A stretch of DNA of 8,021 nucleotides from Octopus sinensis. Lineage: Eukaryota. A model generated the notes under the pieces. That model was not told the origin of the DNA. It searched no databases and saw only the letters and a program-made list of their open reading frames with translations. Positions 1 to 6,916 of the stretch are shown piece after piece. The stretch lies in the NCBI RefSeq assembly GCF_006345805.1, contig NW_021828635.1, forward strand, positions 1 to 8,021, written 5' to 3'. Numbering within the stretch: position 1 is the first letter of the stretch; each line of letters begins with the position of its first letter. The translations under genes were made by a program, and so were the position numbers.

Positions 1-321
1 GCTATTTACGCACCGCTTCCTGTACATATTTGTCCGTAGCAAATCGACAACTTTATAAAGGATGTTTGAGCGCTCCGAAGAGGTGATAGTCGGAAGGGGC
101 GAGGTCTGAGCTCTATGCAGGGTGTTCCAGCAACTTGAAATCCAATTTTTTCAATTGTTACAACGATGTTGATATACATTGCCATACAACGAAAACACTT
201 GTTTCGACAATAGGCCTCGGCGTTTGGTGCGAATTGCTGGCCAGCATATCACTCTAGGCCCCTTTTCCAGGTAATGTTCCAGTATGGGCTCTTTTGCATT
301 CCAAAAAAGGATTAGCATCAT
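1..321 (-). mobile_element. Mariner (DD34D-type) transposase relic, C-terminal part; runs off the left window edge
   Basis: Minus strand translates to MMLILFWNAKEPILEHYLEKG..WPAIRTKRRGLLSKQVFSLYGNVYQH and, after a frameshift, LKKLDFKLLEHPA*SSDLAPSDYHLFGALKHPL*SCRFATDKYVQEAVRK*. These match mariner motifs KVMLxVFWD, LLHDNARPH and HPPYSPDLAPSDYHLF. Stops, a frameshift and an apparent internal deletion show it is dead. Confidence 0.93.
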
Positions 322-860
322 TATGAAGAAAGGCTGAAGACGCTCCACCTTTATTCTCTATGTCACGCTGGTGAGACCCATATTGGAGTACGGGATTCAA
401 GCCTCTTCTCCTTATCTCCTCAAAGGCATACAGCATCTCGAAAGAGTTCAGAAGCTGGCTACCCGCATAGTTCTTGGTCTCAAGCATTTGTCTTATGAAG
501 AAAGGCTGAAGATGCTCGGCCTTTATTCTCTAGAAAAACGACGACGCCGTGGTGATCTCATTCTTGCTCACAACATCATAAGCGGAAAGTGTAACCTCTC
601 GAAAGAGCTGTTCTTCACTCCTGCTTCAGAGCGTCGGCTGCAGGGTCACTCCGAAAAGCTCTATCTGCAGCGATTTCATTTCAATCGAAGGAGAGGGGCT
701 TTCTTCGTCCGGATTGCGGATCCGTGGAATAAGCTGCCGGACGAGATAGTGAAGATGCCGACGACCGCTCGGTTCAAAGTCTCCCTTGACCACAAGTGGC
801 CTGAACTCTTTACATGAACACCACCCTGTACATAACTCCATGTCCCCCTACATGGCCTTG
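321..860 (+). mobile_element. 5'-truncated CR1-clade LINE (3' end of ORF2 plus short 3' UTR/tail)
   Basis: Open frame 356-817: LYVTLVRPILEY..ERVQKLATRIV..LSYEERLKMLGLYSLEKRRRRGDLI..GHSEKL..FFVRIADPWNKLPDEIV..FKVSLD, the typical post-RT C-terminus of CR1 ORF2. A ~45-nt UTR follows, ending in a (CTTTTTG)2-like tail. No stops and many intact CpGs suggest a relatively young copy. The right boundary is uncertain by ~15 bp. Confidence 0.92.
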
Positions 861-1012
861 CTTTTTGCTTTTTGAATTTCTTTTTGTGTCGCGATTCATG
901 GTATTTCCACTTCATGCTCTGCCTTTTGAATTGAGGTTCGAAGTGATGGACCCAGGTTTCATTTCCTGTGACTATTCTCTGCAAAGAAAGTTTTGCCTTC
1001 ACCGTTGTGACA
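861..1012 (-). mobile_element. Mariner transposase relic, upstream part of the element interrupted by the CR1
   Basis: Minus strand reads HNGEGKTF/(frameshift)LQRIVTGNETWVHHFEPQFKRQSMKWKYHESRHKKKFK, matching mariner FLxRIVTGDETWVHxYEPExKRQSxxW (first catalytic D mutated to N). It is collinear with the 1-321 fragment. Confidence 0.92.
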
Positions 1013-1039
1013 GAGAACCATTGTTGTCGATTAAAAACA
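1007..1039 (+). repeat. 33-bp exact direct repeat, copy 1 (GTGACAGAGAACCATTGTTGTCGATTAAAAACA)
   Basis: Identical to 2473-2505; flanking bases differ on both sides. Confidence 0.97.
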
Positions 1040-1177
1040 AATATAACCACAAGATTACCACCGTTATGGAGGCGAGCATTGAAGGCAGTGCGACCAACTT
1101 TAAGGAAGTTTGGGCGAAAATGTGGATAACTTTGGGTTTCCCTCCTCTCTCTGTGTGCGTATGTATATGTATATGTT

Positions 1178-1179
<2 letters not shown>

Positions 1180-1231
<52 letters not shown>
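1180..1231. repeat. (TG)n microsatellite with degenerate TA/TG flanks
   Basis: Direct reading. Confidence 0.98.
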
Positions 1232-1233
<2 letters not shown>

Positions 1234-1410
1234 TGAGTGTGCATAGCAAACAGAAGTGACATGCGTGCATAAATACAAACATTGATATATACATACATGT
1301 ATGTGTGTATATATGCATATAAGGTTATAACACAAGATGAAATATAAATGCTACTAAAAGTTTCACCAGATGAATTGCATGATAATATTGATTCTTGCAG
1401 TTCATACAAC

Positions 1411-1499
1411 CCTCCCATATTCACCATCGCTTCGATTTCCATAAACCGCCATCTTGAATCGTGGTTTATGGAAATTGAATTGATGGTGATTGCCCGAGG
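1411..1499 (+). ncRNA. Long hairpin, candidate pre-miRNA-like structure (unverified)
   Basis: 1421-1447 pairs with 1463-1489 over 27 positions (24 Watson-Crick, 2 G-U, 1 mismatch), with a 15-nt apical region and a weak lower stem (CCTC 1411-1414 / GAGG 1496-1499). The hairpin is certain; the miRNA call is speculative. Confidence 0.25.
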
Positions 1500-1544
1500 A
1501 TCCAATGAGTTGCAAGGATCAATAGATGGGATCAATAGCTTGGA

Positions 1545-1627
1545 AAAGATATGGAGTGATCTTGACTAGAATTCCTTTGATCATAGGTCTGCTTGTCAGT
1601 GTTGATCTCCAGATAAACAACAACAAC
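1545..1627 (-). repeat. Short interspersed repeat anchored on a (GTT)n run, copy A
   Basis: Reverse complement reads (GTT)nTA..27 nt..CTATGATCAAAGGAATTCTAGTCAAGATC; the core matches 2795-2823 at 22/29. Confidence 0.65.
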
Positions 1628-1693
1628 TAAAACAAATAACATTCTTACTAATTATCCTTATACCAATTCTCTTTCTCTTTTCTACTCACTGAT

Positions 1694-2368
1694 TCTCTCT
1701 CTCTCTCTCTTTAATTATGCCTCTCACCCATTTGCTCTTCTCTACCACTACCCTCACTCTCCTTCTCCCCCTCTCCCTCTCTTTCTTTCCCCCACTTCTT
1801 CCTTTCTCTCCCCTCTACCACTCTCACACTCTCTCCTTCGTCTCTCCCTCTCCGTCTTCCTCTCCTTCCCTCTTTCTCTATCTCGTTCTCCCTCTTTCTC
1901 TCTCTTCTCTCGTCTCTCTCTTCTCTCTGTCTCTGTCCCCTCTCTCTCTCTCTCTTTCCTCCTCTCTTCCCCTCTCACTCTCCTCTCTCTACTTTCCCTT
2001 CCTCTCTTTCTTCTCTCTTCGCTGTCTCTCTGTCAGTCTGTTTGTTTTACCCCTCTCTCTCCAATCTCTTTCACTCTCTCTTCTTCTCTCATCCGTCTTT
2101 CCCTTGCTCTCTTTTTCTGTCTCTCTGTCTCTGTTTTCTTCGCTTTCTCTCTCTTTTCTGTCTCTTTCCGTCTCTCTCTCTGTCTTTCTATCTCTGCTCT
2201 CTTTTTCTCTCTCTCTCTCTGTCCTTTCTCTCTTCTTCCTTCTCTCTCTCTCTCTCTTCTTCTCTCTCTCTCTATCTCTCTCTCTGTCTCTTCTCTCTCT
2301 CTTTCTCTCTTCTCTCCTCCTCTCTCTTCTCTTCTCTCTCCTCTCGTCTCTCCTCTCTCTCTCTCTCC

Positions 2369-2423
<55 letters not shown>
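1694..2423. repeat. ~730-bp degenerate (CT)n polypyrimidine/polypurine tract
   Basis: Almost entirely C/T on the + strand, ending in pure (CT)n; source of the spurious Leu/Ser and Arg/Glu ORFs. Confidence 0.98.
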
Positions 2424-2472
2424 ATGATAATACTGACTTAAATCATTACATTGCTTACAAGACCACAAATTC

Positions 2473-2505
2473 GTGACAGAGAACCATTGTTGTCGATTAA
2501 AAACA
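2473..2505 (+). repeat. 33-bp exact direct repeat, copy 2
   Basis: Identical to 1007-1039. Confidence 0.97.
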
Positions 2506-2744
2506 GATTTCTACACCAGATACTCTTAGAACCAATTAAACAAAGGAAACAGAATACAACAAAAGGGATTTGGCATATTTTGGCTTGTTTTTGTTTTTGT
2601 TTTTGTTTTTCTCAACGTAAAGGGAAGTAACTTAATAACACAATGCATCTGATTCACTCCACCGATTCGGTAATACACCGTTCCCTTGAATATTTGCTAG
2701 CGCAGTTGCTGTGGTTGTTGTCGTTGTTATAGTTGCTATTGCAA

Positions 2745-2835
2745 CTGTTGTTGTTGTTGTTGTTTAACCCAAGGTCGTTCCTGATTGAGAATATCTATGA
2801 TCAATAGCATTGTAGCTATGATCTTATCTTCTTTT
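2745..2835 (+). repeat. Short interspersed repeat anchored on a (GTT)n run, copy B (inverted relative to copy A)
   Basis: (GTT)nTA..28 nt..CTATGATCAATAGCATTGTAGCTATGATC; same architecture and spacing as 1545-1627. Confidence 0.65.
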
Positions 2836-2914
2836 TCATAGTGGGATATGTGTTTCATTTATCTGACGTTATGATATGATCTGACTGCTATTTTCAATGG
2901 GCTTTATGTGAATG

Positions 2915-3031
<117 letters not shown>

Positions 3032-3074
3032 TGGATTCTTCCCGTCGAAGAAGTATGAGTGTTCAGTATTTTTA

Positions 3075-3335
3075 TGGGTTTTTGTCGAACGGCCCGCACT
3101 GATGATTTGTTAGTCATCAAATATATTTTTGCTGTGCATTAGCTCGCTCCCTTCATCCAATCAACGTTGTCTGAGCAGGCGTGCCGTGTGCTGTGTTTCA
3201 GGTGTTGAAGTGATCGCAGAGCAACGTGACATGAAAGGTTCTACTCAAGAACTCAACACACCACCAGGCCTTGGAATTGAAATCCCGATCTCCCAATCAT
3301 GAGTACAACACCCTAACCACTAGGCCATGCGTCCT
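3075..3335 (-). mobile_element. tRNA-derived SINE (family 1)
   Basis: Minus strand starts GGACGCATGGCCTAGTGGTTAGGGTGTTG with an A box (3315-3327) and a degenerate B box GGGATTTCAATTCC (3273-3286). A CORE-like GTGTTGAGTTCTTGAGTAGAACCTTTCA and a unique body follow. It does not fold as a complete tRNA. The 3' end is approximate. Confidence 0.85.
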
Positions 3336-3339
3336 TACT

Positions 3340-3468
3340 GTGTATGTGTACGTGTGTTTGCGTGTGTGTGTGTTTCTATATTTATACACACGTGTGTGCA
3401 TGTGTCTGTATGCGCGTGCGTGTGTGTGTTTGTGTGTGTGTGTGTGTGTGGTGTGTGTGTGTGTGTGC
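3340..3468. repeat. Degenerate (TG)n microsatellite
   Basis: Direct reading. Confidence 0.95.
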
Positions 3469-3584
3469 AGGATAAATAGCGACGGAAGCTATATTAGTAC
3501 CAAAATGCAATCTTTATATCCAACTTAATGTGGCTGTATTGTTAGAACGCCGAATACTGTGCCATTCACCTTGACAATTATTCC

Positions 3585-3818
3585 ATATAGACACATGATG
3601 TATAAAAGCGAAGACATGCATAGTAGCAGACAGCAGATCGCCGGAACTGTCAAGTCACGTGATTTCAGCGTACAATGCTTCATTCAGTGACCGGACACCT
3701 ACCACTGAAGAAGCGCAGTACGCTAAAATCATGTGACCTGACACTTCCGGCACCTGTACCAGATAATTCTGTTCTGCTCCGATATATGTCTGCGCTTTTT
3801 TGCACCATGTTTCTATAT
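3585..3818. mobile_element. 234-bp imperfect palindrome / fold-back MITE-like element
   Basis: 3585-3689 aligns to the reverse complement of 3703-3818 along its whole length (30/34 over 3640-3673 vs 3718-3751), with one 13-bp indel and a 13-nt centre. The ends lie in TATA context, compatible with a TA target duplication around 3590-3813. Confidence 0.8.
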
Positions 3819-3827
3819 AGATAGTTT

Positions 3828-3901
<74 letters not shown>

Positions 3902-3980
3902 GAGAGAAAGAGAGAGATAGATACAGAGACACGGAGAAAGAGAGAGAGAGATACAGAGACACAGAGAAAGAGAGATAAGA
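3828..3980. repeat. (GATA)n tetranucleotide repeat (3828-3900) followed by a degenerate GA-rich tract
   Basis: Direct reading; the GA tract contains a duplicated AGATACAGAGACAC unit. Confidence 0.97.
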
Positions 3981-4060
3981 GTTAAGATCTTTAGAATATT
4001 CATATTATTATTTAAACTCCTAAGATATTTATATCTATATTAATATCTTACATGATTTAC

Positions 4061-4275
4061 ATTGGTTTCAAATTTTGACACAAGGCCAGCAACTTCAGGG
4101 AAGGGCTACGTCGGTTTCAATGACCCCAGTGCTCAACTGGTATTTATTTTATCAACCTCCGAAGGATGAAACGCTAAGTCGACCCTAGCGACATTTGAAC
4201 CCATAATGTAAAGACAGATGAAATGCCGCTAAGCATTTTGCCCAACGTGCTAACGATTCTACCAGCTCGCCGTCT
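4061..4275 (-). mobile_element. tRNA-derived SINE (family 2), apparently full length
   Basis: Minus strand: GACGGCGAGCTGGTAGAATCGTTAGCACG (A-box region), B box GGGTTCAAATGTC (4190-4202), central GGTCGACTTAGCGTTTCATCCTTCGGAGGTTGATAAAATAAATACCAG box of a type shared by several metazoan SINEs, and a 3' end GGCCTTGTGTCAAAATTTGAAACCAAT. It resembles an abundant Octopus SINE as I recall it (not searched). Confidence 0.88.
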
Positions 4276-4334
4276 TATATATGATTCATACTAATTTTCA
4301 TAAATATATACGTATATTTATACATATTTATATA

Positions 4335-4711
4335 CACTACCGTCAGAAATTAATTAGCACCCTTGATTTGCTCTTCACTCAAGGTATGTGCTGTCACCTA
4401 GTGGCCATATCTCGAACTATTGCTTTGTTGCGAGTTCACTGTTGCGCAGAACGATGACGTAACTTTGTTTGCAGAGCAGTTTGAGAGTCTACAGCCTTAT
4501 GATGTTGACATAGCAGTGCAACAACTTGGAGTGCGGATGCAGACAAATCTTCCTTTGTTTAATAGATATAGGTAGCGCCTCGCAAGGACCGAAATCACAC
4601 CATACTAAGTTTTCTCATCGCGTAAGACGTTTTGAACAGCTCATAGGTTAATTGATTTAACCTATTTAATGTAGAAATTTGAGAAGTGCTAATTAATTTC
4701 TGACGCAAGTG
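4335..4711. mobile_element. 377-bp non-autonomous Tc1/mariner-type element (MITE) with 26-bp TIRs and TA target duplication
   Basis: Left TIR CACTACCGTCAGAAATTAATTAGCAC (4335-4360) matches the reverse complement of 4686-4711 at 24/26. TA lies on both sides (4333-4334, 4712-4713). No coding interior. Confidence 0.92.
4389..4407 (-). promoter_or_regulatory. CTCF-like motif inside the MITE
   Basis: Minus strand TGGCCACTAGGTGACAGC vs core consensus CCASYAGRKGGCRS; one mismatch (GGC>GAC). Motif match only. Confidence 0.3.
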
Positions 4712-4713
4712 TA

Positions 4714-5512
4714 CAGACAGTATAGTTGGGTCAGTTGGACACCGTCTGTGAGAAAAACAGCACCATGATACAATTCGCTCTACCAGAAATTTGGAAACGA
4801 CATGCTGTACTGCTTGGCATTTGCGCCGGGAGCTCCAATACGAACAGATGGTGAACACACAGAACAACCATTGGCTTGCAATGTTCCCAAAACATGTACC
4901 GAGAGTGATAAAAATCAAATAACCAGTCACATCATGGTGTTTGGGGTGATCACTAGTAATGGCAATGTTACGCCTCCATTCATCTTCCCACATGGCCTCA
5001 GACTCAACACAGAAGCCTACATCAAGTGTCTGGAGAAGGTAGTGCTACCCTGGATCAAGAGGGCGGCTGCTGGAAGACCCGATGTCTAGCAACAAGACTC
5101 TGTACTATGCCACACAAACAGGAGAACCCAGTCATAGCTGTCAGACAATTTCTGCGATCACAAAACCACTAACATTTAGCCACCTAACTCCCCAGACTGC
5201 AACCCTCTTGATTATTATGTGTGGGGCACATTTGAGCGAGAGACCAACCAAACTCCTTGTAACAGCAAAGATGAATTGAAGGCAAGAATTATGGCAGTAT
5301 TCACCAACTTATACAAGGAGAAGAGTTGCAGGAGATTCTGAAGCCTTCCGGAGGCCGTGGTTTCAGCCAATGGCAATTTTATTGAATAAATTAACTCTTT
5401 AGTATTTCAAGATATTTTTATATAATTTTGGTAAATATATCTGTTAAAATGAGATGTCAGTGTTATTTTCAACATTGCATAATTTAGACGACAGTATATT
5501 CACCGCATCCTG
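4714..5512 (+). mobile_element. Internally deleted, decayed DD37D (maT-family) Tc1/mariner transposon; transposase relic 4765-5389
   Basis: MIQFALPEIWKRHAVLLGICAGSSNTN (4765-4845) joins out of frame to QMVNTQNNHWLA..IMVFGVITSNG..PPFIFPHGLRLNTEAYIKCLEKVVLPWIK..*QQDSVLCH..*PPNSPDCNPLDYYVWG..EAVVSANGNFIE*. There are exactly 37 residues between the QQD aspartate and the NPLD aspartate. The probable right end is ..ACCGCATCCTG followed by TA (5513-5514). No matching left end was found. Confidence 0.9.
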
Positions 5513-5559
5513 TACATACAGAATTAAATGATTGTTAATAATGAATTAAAGTACTCATG

Positions 5560-5619
5560 ATTAATATTCATATAATTAATATGAATGTAATTAATATTCA
5601 TATGATTAACATGAATAGT
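5560..5619. repeat. AT-rich 30-bp tandem duplication with an internal palindrome
   Basis: ATTAATATTCATATAATTAATATGAATGTA followed by ATTAATATTCATATGATTAACATGAATAGT. Confidence 0.85.
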
Positions 5620-6019
5620 CATAATAGCATTCACGTGATCTTTTCTCAATGGCAATTACGTGTAGAGTGAGGTTTCGCCATAATATCATTAGAGAGTTAC
5701 GTAACTGATTGATTAAACATCCTAACTTCGCTTAATTAATTAAGACTTCTCACTAATTACATTCGTATCTTAGATCTTTATATCAATCAATAAGAACCAA
5801 CGAAGTTACCTGTTATCACTCGATCTACTAGAAACAACAGTTAAATCTCTCTAGGATTACACTATAAGGTTTTTAAAAGAGATGACACATTGGAAAATTT
5901 AAAGAAAGGGATTTACCAAGAACGAGGGTGTAAAACTTGAAATATATTTGACGGCAAGATCCAGCGCGTATGCGTGGGTGTGTAAATGTGTATGTGGGAA
6001 GCCCTGCTGTTGTAACATC

Positions 6020-6047
6020 TCTCTCGGAGAGGGGAAACTCCGAGAGA
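6020..6047. other. Perfect 10-bp stem-loop (TCTCTCGGAG-AGGGGAAA-CTCCGAGAGA)
   Basis: Exact reverse-complement arms with an 8-nt loop. Confidence 0.9.
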
Positions 6048-6251
6048 AAACCTGTGACACTGACAATATTCGATGACGTAGACTAGTTCTTCTTTTCGTG
6101 TATTATGTTGTCCGTGTTCGGAGAGTGGGATTAGATTTGTGCAATTTCTTTCCTCACAATAAAAAAAGTCATCATACACATGCATCGCTTGAATATAAAG
6201 TAAAGATCTATCACAAAAATGGCTGGTCGTAGCCTTCGCATGTGTGGGACG

Positions 6252-6916
6252 TTCGATCAGGTGATCGTAATACTCGAACAGTTAATACGATTTTGCCCAG
6301 AATTTTTTAATTTCTCTCCGCATTTTCAAAATTTTTAATTTCTTCACCGCAATTCCTCAATTTGTAACTTTTTCGATTTTTTTTTCATCCACGTAGGAAC
6401 ATACAGAGATTACGAATCTGGGAAATATATATATTTTTTTAAAGTTTAGTTTTTTTCCCCCACATCACCCATCCATCACCTACCCGCTTTCACAAAGCTA
6501 AACATCTCCCAATGTTCCTCTTTCGTCTGATGTTTCACGTATGCATAGAATTTTACTGAAATAGCAGACGTAGAAATACCAGAGCACTACCATAAAATCC
6601 GACATGCTAGAAACAACAGGTAAATGACATTTTTTCAGAAGAAACTTTCCAAAAAGCTAAAAGCGAAACATTGAGTTTGTAGCTTTTTGAAAGTGGTGAG
6701 GTGGTGGATGGATGTTTGGGAAGGAGATTTTAGTGTTTCTAAAAAGGAAGAAGAAAATTCTTAAAGATTCGTACTCTCTGTTTCTTTTTTTCTCCGTGGA
6801 TTACCAAGAAAAAAAATGAAAAAAATATTTTTAATGAAGAAATTGGGGTGGAGAGGGGGAAAATAAAAATATTGAGAACGTGTTTTTGGAGCAAAATCTT
6901 AATCTCCTGAATCGAA
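6252..6916. repeat. Degenerate long inverted repeat (~260-bp arms, ~140-bp spacer, centre ~6590)
   Basis: Collinear inverted blocks: 6252-6265 / 6902-6916; ATCCACG(T/G)AG; 6403-6419 / 6765-6781 (16/17); 6470-6500 / 6680-6710 (26/31); CAATGTT 6510-6516 / 6667-6673. Confidence 0.88.

Noticed and set aside
820-831. CCACCCTGTA resembling a Tc1/maT terminal sequence (CAGGGTG..)
   Set aside because: Lies in the CR1 3' UTR directly after the stop codon and has no partner inverted repeat.
814-1569. ORFs 814-1236, 999-1535, 1100-1318 and 1348-1569 as genes or exons
   Set aside because: They run through antisense mariner, (GT)n repeats, the hairpin and a dispersed repeat; no recognisable domain and no convincing acceptor/donor pair.
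1717-2476. Long ORFs (236, 159, 144, 130, 74 aa) rich in Leu/Ser or Arg/Glu
   Set aside because: Translations of the (CT)n/(AG)n tract, which lacks stop codons by composition.
1007-2505. 33-bp direct repeats as a CRISPR array or LTR pair
   Set aside because: Only two copies 1.43 kb apart in eukaryotic DNA with no cas genes; too short for LTRs, with no TG..CA ends, PBS or PPT.
3270-3335. tRNA gene (also considered for 4190-4275)
   Set aside because: A/B boxes are degenerate, there is no complete cloverleaf, and both run into SINE bodies, so they are SINE heads.
4021-4050. TAAGATATT..AATATCTTA small inverted repeat
   Set aside because: A 9-bp AT-rich stem is expected by chance in this composition.
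5085-5345. Three TAG stops at apparent Trp positions of the maT transposase, suggesting rescue by A-to-I editing (UAG to UGG)
   Set aside because: The same relic has a TAA, a TGA, a frameshift near 4930 and a large deletion removing the first catalytic Asp. TGG>TAG is an ordinary transition in GC-to-AT decay.
6194-6340. TATAAA (6194) followed by CACAAAAATGG and a ~39-codon ORF (MAGRSLRMCG..)
   Set aside because: The ATG at 6219 is only 25 bp from the TATA box, at or before the expected start site. The ORF runs into the inverted-repeat arm and has no recognisable similarity.
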